Positions 13,360 to 26,389 of a stretch of DNA of 64,000 nucleotides are shown piece after piece. A program made the position numbers and the translations under genes. This stretch comes from Heptranchias perlo (Eukaryota), in contig NC_090349.1 of assembly GCF_035084215.1 (NCBI RefSeq), positions 10,602,001-10,666,000 of the forward strand. Reading direction: 5' to 3'. Position 1 is the stretch's first letter; each line of letters starts with the position of its first letter. A model generated the notes under the pieces. It did not search any database. It was not told the DNA's origin and saw only the letters and a list, made by a program, of their open reading frames with translations.

Positions 13360-14566
13360 CCATGGCTGCATTCAACACTTCATCTGAGGGCGAGTAATAT
13401 CACCAGCCTCGCCAGGCACACAGTCCACCTCCACCACGTGGAGCTCCACAACACAGTGCTGCTCCACAGGCACCTGCACAACAGCACAGAGGGCAACAAC
13501 AGAGAAAGCGACGTTGCAGGAGGCACTACCCTCGCAACAGGGTCTACAGACCGAGGCTCAGCTTCCTGGACCTCTCTGAGGAGCAGTGCATACGGAGGCT
13601 CAGAGTCAGTCGCCAGGTAGTCGCAGACATCGGCAGCCTCCTTCATGCCGAGCTGCTCCCGGCTGGGCCGAGCAGAATCACCTTACCTGTCGCTGTCAAA
13701 GTCACCACTGCCCTCAACTTCTTCACCTCTGGATCATTCCAGGGTGCCACCGGGGACATCACCAGGGTCTCTCAGTCATCTGCACACAAGTGCATAAGGC
13801 AGGTCACCGACGGCTTGTTTCACAGGGCCTCGCACTACGTCAACTTCCCCATGGATGACCTCAGCCAGACGGAGAGGGCAGTGGGATTCCACGCTGTGGC
13901 TGGCTTCCCACGGGTGCAGGGTGTAATCGATTGTACCCATATAGTAATACGAGCACCTCCACACGAGCCAGGACTGTTCATCAACAGGAAGGGCTGTCAC
14001 TCCATCAACGCTCAGCTCATCTGTGACCATCGCAAGAGATTCCTTTACGTGTGCGCCAGATATCCTGGCAGCTGCCATGATTCCTTCATCCAACATCCCG
14101 CCCCCCTTCCATGCATTGAACACCCACAAGGGCTGGCTCCTCAGGGACAAGGGATACCCCCTGCACACGTGGCTCATGACACCTCTGAGGAACCCCATCA
14201 CTGAGCAAAGCGTCGATATAACGACAGCCACAACGCTACTAGGTCTACAAATGAGCATGCTCTAGGGCTGCTCAAGATACACTTCAGGTGCCTTGATCGT
14301 TCTGGGGGAGCGCTTCAATACGCACCAGACAGAGTGGGACGCATTATAGTCGTGTGTTGTGCCCTGCACAACATGGCACAAAGAGGGGTGCCTCTGGAGA
14401 AGGCCCCCTCCACATCTTCCACCCACATTGAGGACGAGGAGGAGGAGGATGAGGACGAGGAGGAGGAGGAGGAGGCAGAGGAGGAGGAGCAACCCATGGG
14501 CAGAACAGTGGCCCACCTGGCTGCTTGTGAGGCCAGGAGTCACTGATATGTGAACGGTTCTCCTAA
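13360..14566 (+). pseudogene. Harbinger (HARBI1-like) DDE transposase, disrupted
   Basis: Motifs [76 protein letters not shown] and a poly-Glu tail. Stop TAA at 14564-14566. Frameshifts present. Confidence 0.92.
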
Positions 14567-14881
14567 CACAGTGTGAAGAGACGAGTCCTCACCACCTGGA
14601 CAGAGCAGCGGCCACACCAGCACCCCCTCCTCCCCGCCCCCTGCACAAAACAGTCCTGCAACTACACGTAGACCCACTGTAGAGTGACCCAATGGGTGGC
14701 ATCAAGTGTGGGCATTCATGGTGAACCTCATGAAAGGGCCTTATTACACAAGCCAGTCAAGAATGGCCAAGACGTGGCAGTAGTGGTGACAATAATAATA
14801 TTTAATGTGCGATTAACAAAAAGCAATTATAAATAAAAAACATGACCACCTGTCAAACACCCTTGTGCATCCCCTTTGTGC

Positions 14882-16857
14882 TCACAAAACCTTCGCCTTT
14901 TGCTTCCGACTACTTCTACGTGGTGCATCACCTGTGGCTGCAGCAGAGTTTGTGGCGGGTTGGTCTTGTTCATGCCCTGACCGATTAGATGCTTTGGGCC
15001 TATGCCCTCTGGGTTTCGGTGCCCGTGAGGGCCCCTCCAAAGACTGCTCCACCTGCACCTGTGCAGGGGCAGACTCGGTGACCTGGAGAGGAGGCAGCTT
15101 TGTGGGTGCTGGTGGAGAAGGGGGCAATGGATGAGACGTGGGAGCGCTTTGAATGGCATACCCACTTCCATGTCCCCTTTCGCCATCATCCCCCACCGAA
15201 CCAGGCCCACACCACTCCTACCACTCTGCTGGACGACAGTTTGGAGGACATGTGTGATGCCTTCTAAGGCCAGTGCCAGAGTACCTGCCTTCCTGTTTAA
15301 GGCGGCAGAATGTTGGTCACCTTTAGTCTGAACGGCCGTTGTCAGGGCCTCAATAGACTCATTTGTGAGCCGTGCTTGAAGCTCCATGGAGGCTAGCCTT
15401 CCCTTCATCGCAGACATGCCCGCACTTACCTGCGACACTATCTCAGAGATGCCCTCACGTCCCTGTGACAGTATCTCAGAGATGCCCTCACGTCCCTGTG
15501 ACAGTATCTCAGAGATGCCCTCACGTCCCTGTGACAGTATCTCAGAGATGCCCTCACGTCCCTGTGACACTATCTCAGAGATGCCCTCACGTCCCTGTGA
15601 CACTATCTCAGAGATGCCCTCACGTCCCTGTGACACTATCTCAGAGATGCCCTCCAGTACCTGTGCCACCATCCCACTCATGCAGGAGTTGCACTCCTCC
15701 ATCCTCTGCGCGAATGTGGAGAGTGCGCGTGGCACCTGTTCCAGCACCTCGCAAATGTGCTGCTGCCCCTCGATCATTCTCCTTTTCATGGATGGCCCCC
15801 AGGGTTCAGCATCTGTGTCCAGCTGAGCAGAGCCTGGAGAAGAGTGCTCCCACCGACATGGACTCTCCACATCTGCCCCTGCCACCAGTGTCTGCTCGTG
15901 CTCACGTGTGTGGTGACTCACCTTGTGCGACCCCAACTAACTGAGGACGGGAACCCACCGAGGTGTGAGTATCTGCTCTGGTGGATGGCTCGCTCAGATG
16001 TGACGGTGCTCTCTCAGAGGCTGAAGGCCCTGTATGAGAACAGAAGGTCAAAATTAAGCATGATGACAGATGTTGAGGTGCTGAAGATGGCAAGGCATGT
16101 TAACATCAATTGCTATTGTGTGTGCTGAATGTTAAAGTTCTGTCACCAGACGTTTGTCAGGTGCCAGTCTAGGCGTCCCCGACGGACAGGCACTCGAGGG
16201 TGCAGCTCAGTTCCAACCCCTCCTGCTCTGCGTCTGTGAGGACGACTAGATAGTGCGGCTCCCCTCCGGTCCTCGCCCTCTCCCGTACATTCTGGGTTCT
16301 CTTCTATAAGGGGAGAAAGTAGTGAGGTATGAGTGAGTGATGGTGACGTGGCCAACTGCTGAATGCATTGGTTTGGGTGCAGCTGACTGTGAAAGAGATG
16401 CATCAGAGGGTGAGTATGAGACAGAGCAATGACATTGTATGAGGATTGGGTTGAGTTGTAGTGGTGGGATGAGTATTGGGGAGGTGAGGAAGTGGTGAGT
16501 AAGTGCAGGTAAGTTGAGGATGAGCTTGGAGTGGGTGTGAGGATTGACATGATAGAGTAGTGTTGGCAGTGCACAATGAGTTGGGGGGTGGGGGCGGTTA
16601 TGTGGAAGACGGAATGTAGGAGAATCAGTAAGTGTACTCACTTTGGCTGACCTAGTTAGGTCATTGAAGCGCTTCCTGCACTGGACCCAGGTGTGGGAGA
16701 TGTTACTGCTGCTGGTGACCTCCTCTGCCACCTCGAGCCAGGCCTTCTTGGTGGCAGAGGCAGGCCACTTCCTCCTGTCCGCCGGGTAAAATACATCCCT
16801 CCTCCTCCTCACCCCATCACTGAATCTAGGAGCAGCATTTCCCCTGGGCTGCTCCAT
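14882..16857 (-). pseudogene. Harbinger Myb/SANT accessory gene, 3 exons (about 16857-16642, 16303-16147, 16029-14882), frameshifted
   Basis: APRFSD...AWLEVAEEV...TWVQCRKRFNDL followed by a GTGAGT donor. AG/GT boundaries found for exons 2 and 3. Coiled-coil-like region and basic C-terminus PRRSSRKQKAKVL. Confidence 0.85.
15429..15659. repeat. 33-bp tandem repeat, 7 units, encoding EGISEIVSQGR
   Basis: Near-identical CCTGTGACACTATCTCAGAGATGCCCTCACGTC units, in frame in ORF 14827-15936. Confidence 0.95.
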
Positions 16858-19784
16858 TGTGTAATTTTGGGTGTTTGCTCCAGGAGCAGCCATTGGAGGA
16901 CTGCCTCTTTAAATAGAGCTCCTCCAGCTGCCAGCCTGTGATGCGGATGTGCAGTCCGCCCGCTGCACACGTGGGGAACGGACGGATTTCACTGGACGGG
17001 TTACCCAAACTCCCAATCCCCCCCCCCCACCCCGCTGCCATCCTGCCTCCCCGGTAATATCGGGGCCCATTACTTCATCAAAGAGTTCGTCAAACACAAT
17101 TTGCCTTTAAGAAATCCGTGCTGGCGTTCATTTATTATTGCATACTTTTCCAAGTGCCAGTTAATTTTGTCCCAGATTTCTGTCTCTAAAAGTTTCCCAC
17201 CGCTAACATTAGACTGACTGGCCTGTAGTTGCCGGGTTTATCCCTCTCCCCTTTTTTGAACAGGGGTGTAAAATTTTCAATCCTCCAGTCCTCTGGCACC
17301 ATCCCCATATCTAGTGAGCATTGGAATATTGTGACTAAAGCCTCTGCAATTTCCACCCTTACTTCCCTCAGTAACCTAGGATGCATCCCATCTGGACCAG
17401 GTGACTTTTCTACTTTGAGTGCCTCGTCTAATCTATTTTTATCATTTCCAATTTCTCTATTACCCCCTCCTTTAATGTGACATTAGCAGCATCCTCTGCT
17501 TTTGTGAAGACAGATGCAAAGCACTCATTTAGTACCTCAGCCATGTCCTCTGCCTCCACAAGAAGATCTACTTTTTGGTCCCTAATCGGCCCCACCCTTC
17601 CTCTGTCTACTTTTTTACTATTTATATCTTTATAAAAGACTTTTCAGTACCCTTTTATTTTAGCCACTCATCCATTCTTATTTTCTCTCTTTACCCCTCT
17701 TATTCAGTTCTTCTCTGTACTTTCTGCATTTGGCTTGTTTCTCTACTGTATTACGAAACTGACATTTGTCATAAGCCTCCTTTTTCTGCTTCATTTTTAC
17801 TTCTAAATATATATTCATCCAGGGAACTCTAGCTTTGGATGCCCTTCCGTTCCCCCTCATGGGTATGTGTCTAGTCTGTACCTGAACTATCGCCTCTTTG
17901 AAGGCCTCCCATTGCTTAATTACTGTTTTACCTGCAAATCTATGATTCCAGTCCACCTGGGCCATATCCCTTTCCAACTCACTGAAATTAGCCCTCCTCC
18001 AGTTAAGTATTTTCACGCCTGAATGTTCTTTGTCCTTTTCCATAACTACCCCTAAACCTAATGATATTATGATCACTGTTCCCCAAATGCTCCCCCACAG
18101 AAATAGGCTCCACTTCCTCCACTTCATTCCCCAGAACTAGATCCAGCACTGCTTCCTTCCTTGTTGAGCTGGAAACATGCTGATCAAGAAAGTTCTCTTG
18201 TACACATTTCAGGAATTCCTCTCCCTCTTTGCCCTTTACACTGTCCCAGACAATATTTGGATAATTGAAGTCCCCCATTATCACTACTCTATAGTTCTTG
18301 CATCTTTCTGAAATTTGCATATGAATGTGCTCCTCTAAATCCTCCTCACTATTTGGTGACCTATAGTGTATAGCCTTTAGTTTAATAGCTCCTCTATTGT
18401 TCCTTAATTCTAACCAAATAGATTATGTCTTTCACCCCTCAACTGCATTATCCCTTTTCAGTGCTGTAATAGTCTCTTTGATTAATACTGCCAACCCCTC
18501 TCTTTCATTGCATATCTTTCCTGAATATCTTGTAGCCAGGATTATTAAGTTCCCAATTGTCCCCTCCTTTGAGCTAGGTTATTACCACTATATCTTAGTC
18601 CCATGCGGCAACTTGTGCCTGCAGCTCACCAACCTTATTTACCTTGCTCCGTGCATTTACGCACATGCACTCCAAACCCATTTCAGACTGCCTCACATTT
18701 ACCTCCTGTCTGATCGCTCTTATTTCTGAATTATTTTATACTCTAATGCTGCTTGTCTCTCCCAGTCCTCTGTGCACCTTGTTTCTCCTCGCTAATGCTT
18801 CACCCAGGTGCCCCCTCCACCCCCCCGCCGCCAAATTAGTTTAAACCCTCCTCCACAGCACTAGTTAACCTCCCCGGGGGGACATTGGTCCCAGCCCTGT
18901 TGAGGTGCAACCCGTTGATCTTGTACAGTTCCCTCCTACCCTAGAACTGGTCCCAATGCCCAAGGAATCTGAAGCCCTCACTCCTGCACCATCTCTCCAG
19001 CCACGTGTTAACCTGTCTTATCTTACTGCTCCTATACTCACTGGGATGTGACACTGGGAGTAATCCAGGGATTACTACCTTTGAAGCCCTGCTTTTTAAC
19101 TTCCTCCCTGGCTCCTGAAACTGACTGCAGGACCTTGACCCTTTCTCCTTCCTATGTCGTTGGTTCCCACATGGACCACGACATCCGACTGTTCCCCTTC
19201 CCTCCTCAAAATGTTTTGCACCCTCTCCATGGTATCCTTTACCCTGGTACCAGGAAGGCAACACACCATGCGAGACTCACGTTGGTGGTTGTTGAAACAC
19301 CTGCCTGTCCCCTGATGATTGAATCCACTATAAACTCTGCTTTCCTACACTACACTGTGCCCCCCTGTGCAGTCCTTTGCCCCATGGAGGCACGCTCTGG
19401 ACTGCACTCCTTCGAGGTGTCGTCACCCTCATCGGTATTCAATACTGAAAACTGGTTTGTGAGTGCCACACTACCGGAGGATTCCTGCACTGCCTGCCTC
19501 TTCCTACCCTGCCGGATGGCCACCCACTTTCTGTCCTGAACTCTCTGTGGCTGTGGGTTGACCACCTCCTGGAACGTACAATCCAGGAAATTTTCATCCA
19601 TCCTGCACTGATTCCAGCTGCTCCTCAAGTTCAGTAACCCTGAACTCGAACTCAAGCAGCTGGAGGCACTTCCTGATCACATGGTTATCCAGGACACCTG
19701 AAATGTCCTGGAGTTCCCACATGGCACAGGAATTGCAGACAATGGGTCTCAGCTGTCCCTCATTCTATTTAGAGTCTACTTATA

Positions 19785-19872
19785 TTATACATATATGTCT
19801 CTTATGTTATATATATATATATATATGTTTTATGTTAGTACCTCTTTAACTCCTATTTATTATTTATTTATT
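19785..19872. repeat. (TA)n and (TATT)n microsatellites
   Basis: Visible directly in the sequence. Confidence 0.9.
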
Positions 19873-19874
19873 TA

Positions 19875-20780
19875 GTGGGAAATCGCTCCCGAAATAAGAG
19901 AGCTCAAACAAGCTCTCTGTTGTTAGTGGCGAAATGGAGGAGCAAGTTCCAGCGTTCACATATGCGCAGTGAAACGCGGAAATCTGGAACGGGCTCCTAG
20001 TGGTTTTCGTGGGTGATATGACAGCTTCGAATTAAAGGGACATCACACCCTACAATCAGAGAAATCATTGAAAAAGTGCAAACTTGCTTTTCTGCCCAGC
20101 TGGAAAGTAATTAATTACACCACCAAACAGGTACGCTTAAAAATACCAGGTCTAAACTAAGTTTTAACAGCGTGGTTAGTCTTAATGACTGCCAAACAAC
20201 TAAAAATTAACTTTTAAAAACGTGGAGTCTCATTACTCTTTATTTTAATAGCTTTTGGTCATTAAAATTTTTTTTTTAATTAAAAAGTTTATTTTATTTT
20301 ACTTTTCCCTCCTGCCTCTTTTATTTAATTCAATTATTTCTTACCCTCTCTTTTTTTGCTGTCTATCACTGTTTTTACATTGATTTAAAATGTTCTACCT
20401 TTCACTTCCTGGTTTAACGCTACAAGCCTGCAGAGACAGTGAACGCAGCTGTCACAAAATGCTGCGATCTGTGACGTCGCTTTCTCAAATTCTCTCGGTG
20501 TTTGCTGCTGCTCTTCTCAAGCCTCTCCCATGGTGCTCCGTGCTCTGCCTAGTGCTGTCCTAGCATTGCATTTGGCCGAGGAGGACGACTAAGAGCTGTC
20601 AGATGCCAGAGATTTCAGGTTGGGCACAAATTATGCAGTTTGGCCTCAGTGCTATGTTACATAATGGACCCACTGTTCCAGCCATTATTACCTGGAATGA
20701 CTGAAGAGCAGTGCCTTAGCAAACTGAGGCTTTACAGGGAGTCATGTGCTTTCTTGGGAAGACCTTCAAGCAAAATCTAC
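19875..20780 (+). mobile_element. Decayed Harbinger-like fragment
   Basis: MTEEQCLSKLRLYRE at about 20700 parallels LSEEQCIRRLRVSRQ of the 13.6-kb transposase. Left boundary uncertain. Confidence 0.55.
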
Positions 20781-21002
20781 TATCCATTATCTTCCTTTCA
20801 TTCTTTTTCCACTTTCTCTTCTTTCCACTCTCTCCTCCTTCCATTCTCTCTCTCTCAACTTCCCTTCTGTGTATCTCTCAACTGCCCTTCCTCTATCGGA
20901 TTTGCTTCCTTTCTCCCAGTTTCTCATTCCATGCTCAGTCCTTTCTCTCCTCCTTCCCTTATTGTGCTCTTCTTCTCTGTTGGCATTCTTTTGCTCCTCC
21001 CT

Positions 21003-21637
21003 TGGAATGCTGGCCTTTATATCTAGAGGACTGGAGTACAAGGGGGCAGAAGTTATGCTGCAGCTATACAAAACTCTGGTTAGACCGCACCTGGAGTACT
21101 GTGAGCAGTTCTGGGCACCGTACCTTCAGAAGGACATATTGGCCTTGGAGGGAGTGCAGCGTAGGTTTACCAGAATGATACCCGGACTTCAAGGATTAAG
21201 TTATGAGGAAAGATTACACAAATTGGGGTTGTATTCTCTAGAGTTTCGAAGGTTAAGGGGTGATCTGATCGAAGTTTATAAGATATTAAGGGGAATGGAT
21301 AGGGTGGATAGAGAGGAACTATTTCCGCTGGTTGGGGATTCTAGGAGTAGGGGGCACAGTCTAAAAATTAGAGCCAGACCTTTCAGGAGTGAGATTAGAA
21401 AACATTTCTATACACAAAGGGTGGTAGAAGTTTGGAACTCTCTTCCACAAACGACAGTTGATACGAGGTCAATTGCTAAATTTAAATGTGAGATAGATAG
21501 CTTTTTGGCAACCAAAGGTATTAAGGGATATGGGCCAAAGGCAGGTATATGGAGTTAGATCACAGATCAGCCATGATTTTATCAAATGGCGGAGCAGGCA
21601 CGAGGGGCTGAATGGCCTACTCCTGTTCCTATGTTCC
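21003..21637 (+). mobile_element. Young CR1 3' fragment
   Basis: Open frame GMLAFISRGLEYKGAEVMLQLYKTLVRPHLEYCEQFWAPY...GYGPKAGIWS, then a 3' UTR with a TTCCTATG tail. Confidence 0.93.
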
Positions 21638-23349
21638 ACGCATGGAATTCTCAAAAACCCTATACTTGTGCCCTTCTATTTAGTCCCATTTTATGGAACG
21701 TCTACAAGCAAGCAACAGTTGAGGCTCCCACCAGTTAAAGAGTGCTGTTGATATTCACTAAAGCAACAAACCATAAAAGGGACTTTAAGCACAGAGGTTG
21801 ACACAATTACAGACACCGCTGCATCATTATATTACCAGATCTACCTGGAGCTAAAGCTGTATTATTTTGACCTCACAATTTTAATAAAACTAATGATGCA
21901 GCATGAAAAACATACAAGAAGATCGGACACAATGACACTTTTAATGTGGCCCCATTGACATGGTCACATTGTTTCTTTAATGTGCAAAACACCGCCTCAT
22001 TAACACTTTTGAAATGATTGAGGTCATTCATAATTCGCCACTTTGTCGTAAACACAATAAACCACTTTGAGAATGAGAGGTAGATCATACTGAAGCTATC
22101 AAATGTTGACCACAAGATGGCACAAGAGTAAAGGGTACAGCAACTATTCCATCTGGCCAATAACAACTGTCATAAACTTGGACTCATACTGTAGTTCTTC
22201 TCATCGAAGGATATAATTGCAATTCCAAGATCAAACCTCTTCCTTCCATTTGCATGTATACATTTCCAATGGACTGAGCACCTCCCAGTCAATCCCATTG
22301 TATAAATTTCCAGTGAACCAAACCTCATCAAATCTATCCACATTGAATAAATGCCCAATGGACAAAACCCCTCCCAGTTCAATCTTATGTGTACTCCTTT
22401 GTATAGAATCCCATTGGAACAAACACCTTCCATTCACTCCCAATGCTTAGAATCCAAATGGACAAAACCTCTTCCCATTCACTCCCTTTGTATACAATTT
22501 TCCCCCTTGCACCACACATATACCTAAGAACCTGTTCCCAGTGCAATACTTATCCCTATCGGCTTTTAGGAGATGTGGGAGAGCGTTGAGTGTAAGCCAA
22601 ACATAGGAAGCATAGTTTTTTATATGTCAGAATTTGATACAGTATTTATAACAGATATCAAAATATTGACAAATGATCTAATCTGTAAGCTGAAGGCTAT
22701 TAAACAATTACATTTCTGTGACATGTTGAACATTCTTCAAAGATAACCTGAGCATCTCACAAGACTGTGGAAATAGCCTTGAGGCAGCAGCAAATTTAAT
22801 AGCCGAACTGGGTTGTGTAAAATAGATGTTTTTGTTAAGTGTGCTCTCAGCTTGTTTTGACTGAGTTGCTGAATGAATGTTTCAATGGCAGTCGAACAAT
22901 AACTTACTAACTTTTTTTATCTGAAGTATTTTTATCCAAAGCAAAACATTCTGCGGCAAACAAATGAGGTGTTTATCTGAAAGCAATATGGTTTGTTCTA
23001 AAGAAAAAAAAACATTACGATACATTGAATGTTGAAAGAACTTCTCTGTGTTATGGTAGAATACTGCCTGTTCACCTTTAGGACCTAGACCTTGTGATGT
23101 AGTTGTAGGATACACAGCTCGCTCTAGGCCAAACTGAGTGGAAGAGCGCCTTTGATTCTGCCTGATAGCTCTTCATGATTACAAACCAACATTTAACAGG
23201 ACAATACTTCTGTGGTTTCAAAACTATGGAAAAATATTTTAAGTAGGGTCATTGGAAAGCGTGGAATGAGACAATTCCAGTTAATCATTTAGCAGCTCCT
23301 TCACACACAATATCACTGCTCTTGATTTTCCCAAACCTATTTGATCTCC

Positions 23350-23770
23350 CATAGGAACAGGAGGAGGCCATTCAGCCCCTCGAGCCTGTTCCGTCATTCA
23401 GATAGATCGTGGCTGATCTGTATCTTAACTCCATCTACCCACCTTGGTTCTCTAACCCTTGCCTAACAAAAATCTATCCATCTCAGTTTTGAAATTTTTA
23501 ATTGACCCCTAGCCTCAACAGCTTTTTGATGTAGGGATTTCAAGATTTCCACTACCCTTTGTGTGAAGAAGTACTTCCTAACATCACCACTGAATGGCCT
23601 AGCTCTAATTTTAAGGTTACGCCCCCTTGTTCTGGACTCCCCCACCAGAGGAAATAGTTTCCTTTAATCATCTTAAACACCTCAATTAGATCACCCCTTG
23701 ATCTTCCATACTCAAGGGAATACAAGCTTGAAATATGCAACCTGTCCTCATAATTTAACCCTTTTAGCCC
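23350..23770 (-). mobile_element. CR1 3' fragment
   Basis: GESRTRGRNLKIRARPF and YSLEYGRSRGDLIEVFKMIK. Confidence 0.88.
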
Positions 23771-23941
23771 CTCCCAAGAGGTAAATAACCATAAATAAAA
23801 CTTCCAAGACAATTTAAATAAATAATGCCTTTTCAGCAGGTTCAGACAGCTTCATGAGACTTCACCAAGCTTGCCGGGATGGATTTGCCCTAAATCAATG
23901 AAAATCTAAGTTAATAACTAAAAGAAACTCTGTACAATGCA

Positions 23942-26145
23942 AAGTCCAGAAATTCTACATGGTGAGTTGTGCCAGAATTGCATCTTCTGATGCTCTGCAG
24001 AGCTGAATCTGCCAGAATTTCATAGGTCAGCTGCATTACACATCCATTGGCAGATCTCCAATGCAAATCCGTGTAAAACAAGAGTAATGTGCTGGGAGTG
24101 CTTGGAAATGAGATTGCAGCCTTTCAAAAAGCCAAGTTTGGCTGAAGATTGCAGCAGCAGGTTGGGGTAGCAGCAGGTAAATAGGAAAGTGTTTGGATCA
24201 CTGGGTTCGCTGTCGGGTAGCTGCACAGGATGGCTTATGTGTGATTTTTGTCGCACTTTTCAAGAATATCTTCCATTGCAGCATCTGGCACAGAGCTGAA
24301 GAAGGGATGAAAGCTCACAATTTCAGTGAGACCAATCTCCAAACACCTCTTGGGGAGAGTGAGCAGATGAGAGAAAGAGCGCTTGGCCTGCATGGGAGGA
24401 ATCCGCTAAAAGTGGGGAAATGGCACTGGCATTGAGTGCTAAGACTGTCACCCCCTGAAAGAAAGAACTTGCATTTATAAAGTGCCTTTCTCAACCTCAG
24501 GACGTCCCAAAGCGCTTTACCGACAATTAACTACCTTTGAAGTGTAGTCACTGTTGTAATGTAGGGAAACGTGGCAGCCAATTTTCATAAGGTCCCACAA
24601 ACAACATTGTGATAATGACCAGATAATCTGTTTTAGTGATATTGGTTGAGGGATAAATATTGGCTAGAACAAAGGGGAGAACTCCCCAGTTCTTCTTCGA
24701 AATAGTACAAGGGGATCTTTCACGTCCACCTGAGAGGGCAGACGGGGCCTCAGTTTAACATCTCATCTGAAAGACAGCACATTATCCAGGCTGACACCCA
24801 CTCAGTGCTGCACTGGAATGTCAGCCTGGATAATGTGCTCAAGTCTCTAGAGTGGGACTTGAACCCACGACCTTCTGACTTAGAGATGAGAGTGCTACCG
24901 CTGAGCCACGGCTGACTCACACCTCTGGTCACAACTGTGGTCCAGTGCCACAAGACATACAATAACCTGATCAGGCTAGGCAAGTTAAAACACCGGCCAC
25001 TCCCTTTTCTTCCTTGAACACTCTGGACATCAGTACACTCCAAAGGATGAATGTATCGTGACAGCTTTCAGCTAATCTTGCATTGACGTGCCGGATCCTT
25101 TGCATGATGTCACACACAATCTGTACACTCATCCCTTCCTGTTGAGGAAGCTGAAGAAGTCAACGGAAGGAGCTCGCAAAGCAACATAGATGCCATCTGC
25201 TGCAGACCTTGGGAGAGTCAGCAACCTCGTAAAACTGAATGGCCCCTATCTCGCTGCCGTCTTGCTGTGATGCCTAACACGATGAATTCCTCATGTGTCC
25301 TGAAAAGTCTATTATCTGATGAACACATGCACATACTGCACCCTGGCTAATATTACAGAGGTCCCCCGTGGCTACCTGAAATGACCCAGTGCCATGAAAG
25401 TTGTCTGTGATCATTGCCTTCATAGTCACAGACAGAGCAGTGTGGGCAGATTGACTGTGGCTGCAGGTCCTCATGCAGGAGGTGGCAGAGGTCCCCTTTT
25501 GCCTCTTTGGTGAAACGCATTCTTCTAATACATTGTTTGGATGGAGGGGTAATATCTGGTGGGGTGTATCCTCCTTTAATGATGCATCACTCTCCTTTTC
25601 TCTATCTTCTCCGGCTCCCTCTCCTCCTCTGCATTGGTAGCATACAAAAAAATGCCCATAGGAAATGCCATACATGCTCCTGAGAAGCCCTTGCTGTGGG
25701 TGAGGTGGAGAGAGGTGGGGTGGGGGAGGGATGGGTCAAAGTCACCTGGTGGTCTCGCACTCCCATTGGCAGCCAGAAACAAGTCTAAGGCTGTCTGGAC
25801 TAAATGCCAAGAAAATCGCTGCTAGCATTCCCAACTGCAGACTTCTGGTGCAAAACTCCTCACTTCCACCAGTCTCAGCTGATCCTGGCAACAGCCGTGC
25901 CTTTATATTTCTCATTCTAGCTTATCCCTAGTGCAATATGAGTATAAATCCAGGAAACTGGGGGTTGCAGCACCTCTGACCCTCACTTATTTTAATTCAG
26001 TGCATGGGGCTTCAGCGTGAAGGGCTAAGTTGCACTAGGAAGGTCGGGGGAATCGGTTTGGAGGCAGAAAGCCGACAGAAACCGCTTCTGTCCCAATTTG
26101 CTGGTCCGAAGAAACTGCTGAAAATGATGTGGAATTTCAGGACCC
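23942..26145. mobile_element. Old deleted Harbinger element (Myb remnant on +, transposase remnant on -)
   Basis: TIR-like GTCCAGAAATTCTACAT and reverse complement GTCCTGAAATTCCACAT. KAHNFSETNLQ (24310) and VQCHKTYNNLIR (24940) on +. FHGTGSFQVATGDLCNISQGAV and LNRKG on -. Confidence 0.7.
24457..24917 (-). mobile_element. Deu-domain SINE inserted in the Myb remnant
   Basis: Full head, core and tail homologous to 8633-9090. Confidence 0.88.
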
Positions 26146-26389
26146 AGGTTTCTACAAAAATAAATCAAACATTTTGTATAATTAGAATATCCAGTGTTTT
26201 AGGCAAGATAAATGACCTGTCTCCCTATCATAATTCACAATACTCATAAGTTAAGTGGCTACTTGAGGAAGCTTCAGGTCCCTCACATTGATTCACTACT
26301 TGATATATACAGAACTACTCAGCTAGTCAATTATTGAATTTCCAGTTGGAAAAGAAAAGAACTGAATCACTGCTCGACAGCCCTTATCC

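Larger units (their letters stand above)
12807..17068. mobile_element. PIF/Harbinger DNA transposon with complete two-gene structure (about 4.26 kb)
   Basis: Imperfect TIRs GGGGGCCGATTTT and reverse complement GGGCCCCGATATT. Duplicated (C)AT at the junctions. The host CR1 rejoins as CTCCATTAC. Contains convergent transposase and Myb/SANT genes. Confidence 0.93.
11615..19765 (-). mobile_element. Near full-length CR1 LINE (ORF1 with esterase domain and ORF2), interrupted by a Harbinger element
   Basis: ORF1 pieces VALTNQFSVL and (manual reading) VVVHVGTND at 18.9-19.7 kb. APE motifs VIMGDFNYPNIVW and LDLVLGNE. RT motifs YMDFQKAFDKVPHNRL and GFINRGIEFKSKEVMLNLYKTLIRPQLE. Multiple frameshifts. 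Confidence 0.93.

Noticed and set aside
13360-14566. Domesticated HARBI1 host gene
   Set aside because: It is frameshifted, bounded by TIRs and a TSD, and inserted inside a CR1.
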